Below, piece by piece: positions 37,561 to 46,755 of a DNA stretch of 64,000 nucleotides. Origin of the DNA: a virus (lineage: Duplodnaviria; Caudoviricetes); IMG/VR virus record IMGVR_UViG_3300029288_004108, positions 1 through 64,000 of that record, one strand, 5' to 3'. How positions within the stretch are numbered: position 1 is the first letter of the stretch; the number at the start of each line of letters is the position of its first letter. The notes beneath the pieces were generated by a model that was given only the letters and a program-made list of their open reading frames with translations, was not told where the DNA came from and ran no database searches. Position numbers and translations under genes: made by a program.

Positions 37561-38219
37561 GTTACCCGTTTACGATTTTTAAACAAACAATTTGTTAATC
37601 CTTCTTTACGGTTTCCCAATAAACCACTCCCAATGAGTAAATCAAATCCATGTTTATCAAGATACTGTTTTACCTCTGCAAATAAATGGTCACCAGTATA
37701 ATAATGTTCAAACACTACTTCCGTGATTATATATTGTACAGTAGATAGGTAATCTCCCAAACCTTCGAACACTTCTATTTCCACTCCTTGTACATCCATG
37801 CAAAGGAGATTGATCCTGTCCAGTCTGACCTGTCGCATAAATGTATCCAGTCGGGTAGCTTCAACAAGAGTCTTTCTTTGGAAAAATTCATTTTGATTGT
37901 CCCTATGCCAAAGTAAAGAAGAAGCTCCAATATTTTTATCTACACTCCTTTCCATATCAGTTGGAAAGAAATCCACCATTCCATCCAGATTGTAAACAGC
38001 TTTTTCAACAAGGGTAATAAATGGATTATGTTGCAGATTTTGTTTGCAGAGAGCGATGGATTCCGGATTACATTCAAACGTGTATAATTTTTCAGGATGA
38101 TAATATTTCCAAAGCTCAACCGTATCCAACCCATCCCTGCTACCACATTCAATAATCGTTCTTACCCTCTCAGGATTTATCCGGTTTAAGAATTTTCTAT
38201 TTAAGTATGAACTATTCAT
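37557..38219 (-). CDS. FkbM-family methyltransferase
   Basis: IIECGSRDG, FECNP, MDVQGVE, EVVF. Confidence 0.85.
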   Translation of the reverse strand: MNSSYLNRKFLNRINPERVRTIIECGSRDGLDTVELWKYYHPEKLYTFECNPESIALCKQNLQHNPFITLVEKAVYNLDGMVDFFPTDMERSVDKNIGASSLLWHRDNQNEFFQRKTLVEATRLDTFMRQVRLDRINLLCMDVQGVEIEVFEGLGDYLSTVQYIITEVVFEHYYTGDHLFAEVKQYLDKHGFDLLIGSGLLGNRKEGLTNCLFKNRKRVT

Positions 38220-39105
38220 TACTCATGTATAAGTGAAGATTCTTTGAATGAATATGTAAATTATTAATCTTTACATCTTTGCAATCATACCTGAAGTAAG
38301 GGACTTTCCTTCCGTCTCCATTTTTCCAAATAACAGTATAATCCAGATGTGCCCTAAGTAATTGTCCGATGTAATGATCTTCTGGTTTTACTCCCGGAAT
38401 ACCATCAGGAGTTCCCCCAACATACTGCCCCCACGAAGCCGGATCAAATATTGATTGAAATTTATCAAAACCAACAGAGCACTCCGCAAATGGTAATGTA
38501 GGTAATGGAACCATCAAACCCGGGTATTCTTTGGTATATACCCTCATCAGGGTCATTTCATTTACCATATCCATTCCATAACGACGACGGATTTCCCGGA
38601 CTTTATATTGATGTAATAGTCCAAGAATGAAAGTAGTCATGTGAGAAAGTGCTTTCGGATTTTTAATAAACATCATTCCTGTCATCACTTTGTCCGGACC
38701 ACCGTAGGTAATAGCAAGATTTTGATAAGAATGAATAAATATAGGGTGATAAGATTCAATATCAAAGTAAATCAGTACATCATTTTCAAAATGATAAACA
38801 TCATGTAAATTCCTGGTAGTTATAAAATTTGCTATATACATTAATCTGGTAGTGGTGATTGTCCAAAAATCATTTTCCCCTCTACCATAAAGAACTTCAA
38901 AAGTATGAATATCATCCGATGTACATTCCCGTTTATCTACAACATTTATATTATAGAGGGAGAACACCGGGTCACTCATCCAAATATGATCAGTAATGAA
39001 ATAAACAGTAACGTTTGGATTAAACAAACGGAATTGCTTGAAAGTATATTTCAAATAATCCGGTAAACTTCCTCCACTATGGAACATCACGACTGTCATA
39101 ACCAC
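38212..39105 (-). CDS. Putative glycosyltransferase
   Basis: YHFENDVLIY (DxD-like), FDPASWGQYVGG, NLHIHSK. Glycan-cluster context. Confidence 0.6.
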   Translation of the reverse strand: MVMTVVMFHSGGSLPDYLKYTFKQFRLFNPNVTVYFITDHIWMSDPVFSLYNINVVDKRECTSDDIHTFEVLYGRGENDFWTITTTRLMYIANFITTRNLHDVYHFENDVLIYFDIESYHPIFIHSYQNLAITYGGPDKVMTGMMFIKNPKALSHMTTFILGLLHQYKVREIRRRYGMDMVNEMTLMRVYTKEYPGLMVPLPTLPFAECSVGFDKFQSIFDPASWGQYVGGTPDGIPGVKPEDHYIGQLLRAHLDYTVIWKNGDGRKVPYFRYDCKDVKINNLHIHSKNLHLYMSNE

Positions 39106-39833
39106 GAGTGCATTGTTAAAAGATCATTATTTGTATGACGGAAAGTTGATACATAATTTCTTATCTCATCATCAGTCCACCTACGTTTTTTCCAGCGATG
39201 ACAAACACTTACATTTTTGTAGGTATAAGCATTAGGCCAATATTTTGATACAAAATTACCATAAAGTTCATATTCAGAAAATCCACTTCCTTCATTCATC
39301 TGATTGATCACTTCCACACAATTATTAAAGAACTCTTCCGGAGTCATCTTCTTTTCATTGAGCAAATATTGAATCATACCCCTCTTGAAAAACATTAACT
39401 CCGATATAAATGAATGAGGATAAATCCGGTCGAGATCCAATACAGTTTTCATCAAATGGAAATATGGAAGATGATGTTGGTCTCTCCCGAGAAAGAAACA
39501 AGGAGAAGCCGGTTCTATTTCAATCGGCTTATTTATTATTGTATCAGCATCAACTACAAGATAATTATTTGTAGTAACCTGCTGAAAGAGTTTTATGAAT
39601 TGTTGTCGATACCATCCCTGACGGGAAGTCATCTTAATCTTTGAAAAATCAAAATCAATTACTTCTTCATCCCGGTGTGTATCAGCTTCCACCCAAATAT
39701 ATTCCTCCGGAATTGCTACCGGAGCTATCAAATGATATTTATGAATACCCTTGATATGAAAATTAATGGATTCCAACACAAACGGAAGTTTGTTAAAATC
39801 CTTTTGGGAAACGGTTATTAATACATCAAACAT
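39096..39833 (-). CDS. Putative GT-A glycosyltransferase (DUF6492-like)
   Basis: WYRQQFIKL, LVVDADT (DxD), FISELM, SEYELYG. Confidence 0.7.
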   Translation of the reverse strand: MFDVLITVSQKDFNKLPFVLESINFHIKGIHKYHLIAPVAIPEEYIWVEADTHRDEEVIDFDFSKIKMTSRQGWYRQQFIKLFQQVTTNNYLVVDADTIINKPIEIEPASPCFFLGRDQHHLPYFHLMKTVLDLDRIYPHSFISELMFFKRGMIQYLLNEKKMTPEEFFNNCVEVINQMNEGSGFSEYELYGNFVSKYWPNAYTYKNVSVCHRWKKRRWTDDEIRNYVSTFRHTNNDLLTMHSWL

Positions 39834-40605
39834 CAGCTGATAATTTTATCCAGTCAGCAGGAAAGTTATTTCTTTTAGCCCTATCCAGTCGGGTTATCCA
39901 GAAATCAGGAGTAACCACAACTTTATCAGGATTGGTATTAAGTAGAGCAGCCCACCAGGAAAATGTTGAATTTGCTATGATCTGATGTTTACATAACCGC
40001 AGCAATTCAAAATCCAGGTAGTATTGTAAATGCACAAATGTTATCTTCCTATCAAAATAATCCTCTATGAAATGTCTTTTACACCAAGCAATATCATCAG
40101 AGAAGATATACAATGGTCCATCAACCATGCTTATTGCCCGGGCATAATAACTGAAAGGTAATGTTGGAATGGTATCACTTGTCAGGTAATCATCCCTACG
40201 GATATGAACCCCAATAGAATTTTCCAAACGTATCTGCTCAAGCAAAGCATAATACTCTTCCGTATGAACCTGTTCCTTTAACCAAACTTCCCTTTGAAGC
40301 ATTGGAAGTATATCTTTAAAGTATTCCATATACTGCCAATATCCAAAGAAGTTCTTTCCATCCATTTTTTGGTAGGAAAGATCAAATGTAGGACGATGTT
40401 TTGAGTCAGTAATAGTCTGGGCTCCCACAAAAGGAGAAAAGGCTAATTCCAAAAGGAAATTGCCTAACATATATTCCCTATGTTTACTTTTCCCGAAGTT
40501 AGATATATCATACCGGACAACGATTCCATTCTCTTGCATCTGTCGACCAAAAGCATATTGGAAAAGTTGATTTCCCAGTCCACCCATTAATCTAACTACG
40601 TTCAT
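39826..40605 (-). CDS. GT11 alpha-1,2-fucosyltransferase-like glycosyltransferase
   Basis: GGLGNQLFQYA, GVHIRRDDY, FSDD, IIANSTFSWWAA. Confidence 0.92.
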   Translation of the reverse strand: MNVVRLMGGLGNQLFQYAFGRQMQENGIVVRYDISNFGKSKHREYMLGNFLLELAFSPFVGAQTITDSKHRPTFDLSYQKMDGKNFFGYWQYMEYFKDILPMLQREVWLKEQVHTEEYYALLEQIRLENSIGVHIRRDDYLTSDTIPTLPFSYYARAISMVDGPLYIFSDDIAWCKRHFIEDYFDRKITFVHLQYYLDFELLRLCKHQIIANSTFSWWAALLNTNPDKVVVTPDFWITRLDRAKRNNFPADWIKLSADV

Positions 40606-41305
40606 CGAGAATTTCTTTTACAGTCAACTTACGGAACTGTGTAATAGCAGATGTAGGTGATGCATTTAAGATTTCAATTCCCATTGCCTGAGCATCACGA
40701 GCAATGTCTTCAAATCCTCTCAGGTGACGTTCAAACGGAAGCTTTCTCCGTTTCCTTTCATCACCGACATTTATAACACCTCTCCCATATAGATTATGCC
40801 AGTGCTGACGATTATCACCATTTAGTGACATATCAAACCCGAGTAGGATAATTCGCTTTGCCCCGGCATGAGCTGCAACACTCACTGCGGCAGCTCCGGA
40901 GTTCCCATTCCATGAAACAAGATTAGGAGCAGAACTTATACCTCTTGGTTTCCTTCCGTCCCTCCCCAAAAACTTAATCCATGTTTCCTTTGAGGCTCCA
41001 TTATGACATGTAATTTTCATTCCCGGGAACACTGCTAACCGAGTCCGGTGAGTCTGATAAAAACCACTATCTCCAAAGAACACCATGTCAATCCAGTCAC
41101 CAATCAAATACGCTACATTTATACCTATTACATGTTTATCATGTAAAGGTTTCATGTAATCGGAATAGACGCTTGGAGGGGATGTACCTGCAAGTACATT
41201 ATCAACAACCTCTTTTGGAATATCGAATTGGGTAAAGACCGATGGTCCACCCCCTAATATCCAAACGTCTCCACCTTCCCATATTCGTGGGACTCGCCAG
41301 TTCAT
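40592..41305 (-). CDS. Maf/DUF115 (MptE-like) glycosyltransferase-type protein
   Basis: WILGGGPS, VIGINVA, GNSGAAA, IILLGFDM, ILNAS. Confidence 0.68.
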   Translation of the reverse strand: MNWRVPRIWEGGDVWILGGGPSVFTQFDIPKEVVDNVLAGTSPPSVYSDYMKPLHDKHVIGINVAYLIGDWIDMVFFGDSGFYQTHRTRLAVFPGMKITCHNGASKETWIKFLGRDGRKPRGISSAPNLVSWNGNSGAAAVSVAAHAGAKRIILLGFDMSLNGDNRQHWHNLYGRGVINVGDERKRRKLPFERHLRGFEDIARDAQAMGIEILNASPTSAITQFRKLTVKEILDERS

Positions 41306-41646
41306 CCGGCTAAGTCTTTAGCAAACTGTTCAGCTGCTTCTTTCTTTAAGGCCTTTTCATTGATAACCTTCCCTTTGCTATCAACAACATCAAACCATAC
41401 TTTGCTTTCTCCTCTTGGTTTGACTTCATAAGCTGACTTGGTTATCTCAATAGGCGGAGGAGGTGGAGGAGTAGGAAGCTCTTCCAATGGAACGCAGAGA
41501 TCACGGAAACCTTTTGGAATTTCTTCCACATAGGCAGTAAATACCTGCCCGGGTTTGATGAGGTGTCCTTTGAAAACAAATCCACCACCACCAGTTTTCT
41601 TCCAACGAATTGGTCTATTCTCGTCTGTCATTCTTTTTCTTTCCAT
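41302..41646 (-). CDS. Hypothetical protein downstream of the major capsid gene
   Basis: 114 aa, Pro-rich linker, ALKKEAAE C-terminus. Confidence 0.6.
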   Translation of the reverse strand: MERKRMTDENRPIRWKKTGGGGFVFKGHLIKPGQVFTAYVEEIPKGFRDLCVPLEELPTPPPPPPIEITKSAYEVKPRGESKVWFDVVDSKGKVINEKALKKEAAEQFAKDLAG

Positions 41647-41669
41647 AATTTCAAAAATTAAAAAAATTA

Positions 41670-41678
41670 CTTGATTAG
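41670..41678 (-). repeat. CTAATCAAG(T)AATTTTTT motif, copy after the major capsid gene
   Basis: The same motif occurs at 31221-31229. Confidence 0.55.
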
Positions 41679-41689
41679 TAACTCATTTA

Positions 41690-42799
41690 TTATGCAAGAT
41701 GAACAATCCCGGTCTTACCGTTCTGGTCGGAACGGATCTGAGGAACCTGGATGGTCATCACTTTGAATTTGCTTATCATACCACCTTCGGTATTCCATTC
41801 AACGTTCTGCATAGCCATTCCCTGAACGAGGCGGACTACATCAGAAGTCATCTGAACCATAAGGACGTTGTCATCCGGCAGGGTATCGACAACTTTGATA
41901 CCTTTGATACCGTCGATCTTCATGATCCTTTCCCTGATGGTTGTTCCAGGGGTCTGAGTATCATAATCGTCATCAAGAACGGTTTCATAATCGGTCGGAA
42001 TATACAACTGCCACGGACCATAGTGGTAAGCCGCAATTGAAGCTTTCTTCATCTCCAGAACATCCTGAAGAATACCGGCAGCGGTCATTGCTGAAGCATC
42101 CCAAGGAATACTTAGGTTGACCAGGTTACGGTCAGGATGATTGATGTAACTGTAAATCGAATTACGGCTACGGGAGTCGGTTGCTCCATAACTGTAGGTG
42201 ATGTCTGTGAAGAGCATAGCTTCCAGTTTCTCAAGGATCCTACGGGCAGCTCTTTCTGCAGATGTGGTATCGAGTGGGTTCCCAAGATTCCTGCTTGCAG
42301 CAAGTACCCTTGCATTGATTTCATAATCAACATGGATTATGGGAATCGGCAGGTAGTTGTGCTGGAATACAGGACGGTCGTTATTTCCACGAGTTACACC
42401 ATCCATGGTAACAACAGCCTCCATAGCATCACTTACGTCATGCCATTCAAGGACAGTTGTCCCAAGACCATTACCAAGATTATAGATCAGACCAGCTGCT
42501 CTTAAATCTTCAAAGCCACCAAGGCGCTGACGGGATACTTCCATAATGGCTGTATCCAGCTGTTTCCACTCATCGTGACGAAGAGTAGCAGTGGTGTTTG
42601 TCTGAATTGTAGCCCAGTTTTCCGGTTTCTTAGGATCTCCACCACGGTAAACCGTCATGTAATTTCCCCAATTTCCGTTTTTATCCTGAGCCATGTACGG
42701 GCGCATACGACCAAGGTTCAGAGAACCATTGGCTGAGAGAGTATTAGCAAGAATACCTATGCCACCGTTCGGAGCGATTAAATCAACATTTACTTCCAT
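41690..42799 (-). CDS. Major capsid protein (HK97 fold, encapsulin/Linocin-like)
   Basis: PIPIIHVDYEINARVLAAS, GPWQLYIP, VPQIRSD. Follows the protease and decoration genes. Start at ATG 42799 (alternative 42826). Confidence 0.85.
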   Translation of the reverse strand: MEVNVDLIAPNGGIGILANTLSANGSLNLGRMRPYMAQDKNGNWGNYMTVYRGGDPKKPENWATIQTNTTATLRHDEWKQLDTAIMEVSRQRLGGFEDLRAAGLIYNLGNGLGTTVLEWHDVSDAMEAVVTMDGVTRGNNDRPVFQHNYLPIPIIHVDYEINARVLAASRNLGNPLDTTSAERAARRILEKLEAMLFTDITYSYGATDSRSRNSIYSYINHPDRNLVNLSIPWDASAMTAAGILQDVLEMKKASIAAYHYGPWQLYIPTDYETVLDDDYDTQTPGTTIRERIMKIDGIKGIKVVDTLPDDNVLMVQMTSDVVRLVQGMAMQNVEWNTEGGMISKFKVMTIQVPQIRSDQNGKTGIVHLA

Positions 42800-42818
42800 T
42801 TTCTTACGGTATTTAGCA

Positions 42819-43307
42819 TTAAACAATTCTTACTTTGATCCTCTTATTGACCCCCAGTCCACCACCTACATCCTGACCAGATGAATCAGCACTGGCATCC
42901 ATCTCTTCGAGTGAAATACCTACGATGACATTGGTCTGAACATTAGCTGTAACAGATGCTTCATCTGCTGCGTGAGCAATCAGATAACCAGCACCATTGG
43001 ATTCAAGTAGTGTCCCTTCAGCAACATCCTGACCATCGGCCAGAATCCCGAGAACGACATCACCAGGAGCAGGAAACCAAACCTGCACCTTATCACCAGC
43101 TGCATAGGCATCGTCAATCCCTTTGCCCTGAAGTTCATCTTCAAGAGCAAACATTTTAGGACCAACGTTACCTCCAGCGGTAGCATGGACTTTGACTTCA
43201 TTATCAGTATTAAGCTCCAGCAAACTTCCCGGAAGGATAGCTGCATCAGCTACATACTCATCAATGTTGTCAGAGTACTTTTTAATCTTAATCGTGTTGT
43301 ACGACAT
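42819..43307 (-). CDS. Head decoration/cement protein
   Basis: AAILPGSLLE, FALEDELQG, VQVWFPAPGD. Located between protease and MCP. AAGGAGGT upstream. Confidence 0.7.
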   Translation of the reverse strand: MSYNTIKIKKYSDNIDEYVADAAILPGSLLELNTDNEVKVHATAGGNVGPKMFALEDELQGKGIDDAYAAGDKVQVWFPAPGDVVLGILADGQDVAEGTLLESNGAGYLIAHAADEASVTANVQTNVIVGISLEEMDASADSSGQDVGGGLGVNKRIKVRIV

Positions 43308-43324
43308 TTCTTATACCTCCTTTT

Positions 43325-44605
43325 TTACTTTTTAGGTTCTACTCCAGCAGGATACAGTGGTTCTACCGTAGAGGTAGAAACATTGGTCTGGAAACCAGTG
43401 TTGAGTGAATAATCAACCACTTCTTCCTTCTTAACTGACTGAGCCAATTTTTCCAAATGAGCATCAGACATTGTTTTGAGTTCTTCATCAGTCCAAACAT
43501 CTTTGGTGTTTGCCTGAATCTTTTGGATCCATCCATCTCTCCTCTCCTTCAGCTGACGCTTCCCGAAATCGAGAGCAGCCTGATCTTCAGGAGTGAGTTT
43601 ATTGACCTCAACGGTCTTTGTTACCTCTTTTTCCACAACTTTCTCAACTTCAATGGGTTTAGCCATTTTATCGAGTATTGCTTCATTTAAGGTCTCCAGC
43701 ATTTCCCTGTCGTCTTCAGTATATTTTCCCTGACTGTTTGCAATCAGTTCATCTACCTTCTTTTTGACACAAGGAGTGCATTTTACAGCATTTTCTGCCA
43801 TTTCTTGTACCTCCTTTTTATTAATATTAAACATCGGTTTTGGATCATCCTCTTTATCAGAATGATCACTATTAGCTCTGATACCACAGCCATCTGCCAT
43901 TGAACAAGCACCAACACTGCCGGGCAGAAGTGCTAAGTGATCTGGTCTATGATTTCTGGCTATTGCATCATAATGCTCTCCATTCCATTCTCCCTCTGTG
44001 AAATCATCCTCAGTAAACATACCAAGACTAACTTCTAACGGTTCTCCATTCTTGATATGATTAAAGGCTTCCAGAGAAATCTCTTGTAGTTTCAAGGAGT
44101 CCAACCAAGCTTCCGCCATAAGTTTATTTCCTTCTACTCTCGTATTATATACTGTCCCTACTACTTGATTCTCTGCAATCAGTGGATCATTAGCAGAAAC
44201 ATTTACCCCATCAACTTCAGGGTGATTAATTACAACAGGTCTCCCATTCCAAGACTGAGGAATTTTTCCTAACTCTGTTATTTCATGAAGTAATGGTCCA
44301 TGACTTCCATGATGAACTCCTTCTACCATCATAACAACAGGAACTATCAAATGCTCTCTTCCTTGGTAGATCCTTTGTTTTGTCATGTACTTAGCACTCT
44401 GTTGAGTCAGGACAATGACTGTCTTACTTTCATTATCTACAACACCATTTGCCTGACGGATAGCAGAAGCAGCACAGGTTTCATCTGTCCCTCCTTTTGC
44501 AATACAAGATTGAAGAGCAGAGTTTGCTATATGGACCCATTGTTCCTTCTGTTTATCGGAAAGACCTTTTTTGTGAGATTCTACATCCTGTTTACTCCAC
44601 GGCAT
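43325..44605 (-). CDS. Prohead protease/scaffold (DUF2213-like)
   Basis: VVINHP, EVSLGM, NHRPDHLALLP, GACS. Acidic helical C-terminus. AAGGAGG upstream. Confidence 0.75.
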   Translation of the reverse strand: MPWSKQDVESHKKGLSDKQKEQWVHIANSALQSCIAKGGTDETCAASAIRQANGVVDNESKTVIVLTQQSAKYMTKQRIYQGREHLIVPVVMMVEGVHHGSHGPLLHEITELGKIPQSWNGRPVVINHPEVDGVNVSANDPLIAENQVVGTVYNTRVEGNKLMAEAWLDSLKLQEISLEAFNHIKNGEPLEVSLGMFTEDDFTEGEWNGEHYDAIARNHRPDHLALLPGSVGACSMADGCGIRANSDHSDKEDDPKPMFNINKKEVQEMAENAVKCTPCVKKKVDELIANSQGKYTEDDREMLETLNEAILDKMAKPIEVEKVVEKEVTKTVEVNKLTPEDQAALDFGKRQLKERRDGWIQKIQANTKDVWTDEELKTMSDAHLEKLAQSVKKEEVVDYSLNTGFQTNVSTSTVEPLYPAGVEPKK

Positions 44606-44618
44606 CTTAATTTCCTCC

Positions 44619-45077
44619 TTATCTTTTCAGGTTTAAATATACTGGTTTTCTTGAATATATGATATCTCTCAACGAATAATTTATTTCATGTTTAATGAAA
44701 ACTATGTTTTTGAACATTAGAAACATATTATCATCTCCCCCAAAATGGCTAAATCCTTCGGTTTTATAATCTCCATCTCTTCCTGATGCAACCAATATGA
44801 CTGGTATATTTTCATGATCAATATAATTCCTGATACCTTCCCATGCCCGGAAGAAGAATGGAGTAATGGTATAGACTATTGGAATCTTTCCTGATAGAGC
44901 CATTCCTACTGCTATATCAACTGCCACCTGCTCGGCTGCTCCTACATTAAAGAATTGCTTTGGAAATTCCTCACTGATCTTATCAAACATTCCGTAACCC
45001 AAATCAGCTGTAATCAGGACAATGGAAGAGTCTTCTTTCATTAATTCATACAAATCCGTTGCAAACTTCTTTCTCAT
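44619..45077 (-). CDS. Transketolase-like pyrimidine-binding subunit (short)
   Basis: ITADLG, NVGAAEQ, GMALSG, YIDHE, HFG, PVYL. Confidence 0.85.
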   Translation of the reverse strand: MRKKFATDLYELMKEDSSIVLITADLGYGMFDKISEEFPKQFFNVGAAEQVAVDIAVGMALSGKIPIVYTITPFFFRAWEGIRNYIDHENIPVILVASGRDGDYKTEGFSHFGGDDNMFLMFKNIVFIKHEINYSLRDIIYSRKPVYLNLKR

Positions 45078-45652
45078 ATCTTTACATAATGAGCAGATAA
45101 ACCATCAAGTCCATACTCCTCTACATGAGTCTCTCTCACTCTGATCTGAGGCATTATGTGAACCACATTACTTATCATCTGCAAGTCTATCTTATCATAG
45201 GCGGAATAGCCATTCCAATTAAGATATATCAGCAAGTTATATACCTGATACTTTCTAATAACATTAGCTGCTTCCCAAATGGAACCTTCTGTGCATTCTC
45301 CATCCGATACCAAACACCAAACTTTCCTTTCCCTATCAGCCAAAGCCATTCCTACTGCTATTGGAAGCCCATGACCAAGACTACCCGTAGAACAATAGAT
45401 ATGAAAGTATTCCTCCCTTTCAGGATGAGTTCCAAATTTCTTAAATAACCACTCTGCATCATACTCATAGTACTTCTCCAACACTACATATAATGCTAAC
45501 CCTGCATGACCAGAGGATAAGATAAAAGGTTCATCTGCTCCTTTCTCCTGATATATCTCATCAATTATACCAACTGTCGTCAGATTACTCCCAAGGTGAG
45601 AAAGCCCGAGCCGGTGAGAAATATCAATTATCCTATCATGTAAAGCACTCAT
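45074..45652 (-). CDS. Transketolase-like ThDP-binding N-terminal subunit
   Basis: HLGSNL, ILSSGHA, TGSLGHG, SDGECTEGSIWEA (GDG-type motif). Confidence 0.87.
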   Translation of the reverse strand: MSALHDRIIDISHRLGLSHLGSNLTTVGIIDEIYQEKGADEPFILSSGHAGLALYVVLEKYYEYDAEWLFKKFGTHPEREEYFHIYCSTGSLGHGLPIAVGMALADRERKVWCLVSDGECTEGSIWEAANVIRKYQVYNLLIYLNWNGYSAYDKIDLQMISNVVHIMPQIRVRETHVEEYGLDGLSAHYVKI

Positions 45653-46755
45653 ATAGAGAGAATATCTTTAATTGTATGACAAATATAAACAACCTGAGCT
45701 TGAGTTAACCGATAAGGACAAGGGAGATTAATTCCATTATCTCCAATGTGTCTGGCTACCGGATTATTAGCATTTTCAAACATTGGAAAAGAACTCATTG
45801 GTGGGAAGAATGGTCGGGAATCAATTCCTTTTTCCTTCATCTTACTCATCAACTCATCTCTCCCTACATTGAACTTATCATTCAATACAATTGACGTCAT
45901 CCAGTGATTTGACCTCTCAACATATGTTGATTTCTTACTCAACCGCACCCCTTCTATTCCCCACAATTCCTGATCATACCAATTATAAATAAGGTGTTTC
46001 TTTGCAAGTAATTCCTCTATCCTCTCCAGTTGAGCCAGTCCCCAAGCTGCCTGCAGGTTAGACATTTTATATTTATAACCAATATCACTTATATGAAATC
46101 CTGATCCGGAACGACCATGCTCGGAGTAATGATGAATCTTTTCAAACAACTCATCATTATCTGTAACAATCATTCCACCTTCTCCGGTAGATAGCAATTT
46201 TGCTCCTTGGAAACTGAAACAACCAATATCACCAAAACTCCCTGTCCGGTGATGATCAATTTCAGCTCCTATGGACGGGGCAGCATCCTCCACGATCTTC
46301 AATCCATAAGTGTGAGCAATATGGAGTAATGGAATCATATCTGAAGGATGCCCATAATTATGAACAGGAATAATAGCTTTTGTATTTTTGGTAATCAATC
46401 TTTCTACACTCACCGGGTCTATACACCAGGTATCCTTTCTTACATCAGCAAATACCGGACGGGCTCCTACATATCGGACAACACTTGCCGTAGCTATCCA
46501 CGATGTATCAGGAACAATGACTTCATCTCCTTCTTTTATTCCAAGAGCAATCAAAGCTAAATGTAATGCTCCAGTACAGGAAGAAGTGGTTTTTGCATGT
46601 TTTACTCCAATATATTTTGCAAATGCTTCTTCAAACCTCTTAATGTAATCACCCCAGTGATCTTCATGACCATTGGTAATAGCATCAGTAACATAACCAA
46701 TTTCCTTCTGTGTTATGGAAGGACCAGCAGTTAATATCATTTTCTTTACTGACAT
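45649..46755 (-). CDS. DegT/DnrJ/EryC1/StrS sugar aminotransferase (perosamine synthase-like)
   Basis: SSCTGALHLAL, EDAA, SFQGAKLLSTGEGG, IGYKYKMSN. Confidence 0.92.
   Translation of the reverse strand: MSVKKMILTAGPSITQKEIGYVTDAITNGHEDHWGDYIKRFEEAFAKYIGVKHAKTTSSCTGALHLALIALGIKEGDEVIVPDTSWIATASVVRYVGARPVFADVRKDTWCIDPVSVERLITKNTKAIIPVHNYGHPSDMIPLLHIAHTYGLKIVEDAAPSIGAEIDHHRTGSFGDIGCFSFQGAKLLSTGEGGMIVTDNDELFEKIHHYSEHGRSGSGFHISDIGYKYKMSNLQAAWGLAQLERIEELLAKKHLIYNWYDQELWGIEGVRLSKKSTYVERSNHWMTSIVLNDKFNVGRDELMSKMKEKGIDSRPFFPPMSSFPMFENANNPVARHIGDNGINLPCPYRLTQAQVVYICHTIKDILSI

Noticed and set aside
41690-42799. D-(S/T)-(A/I/L/V/M/T) Bacteroidota O-glycosylation sequons in the capsid protein
   Set aside because: A three-residue motif expected by chance, and that host system acts on exported proteins.
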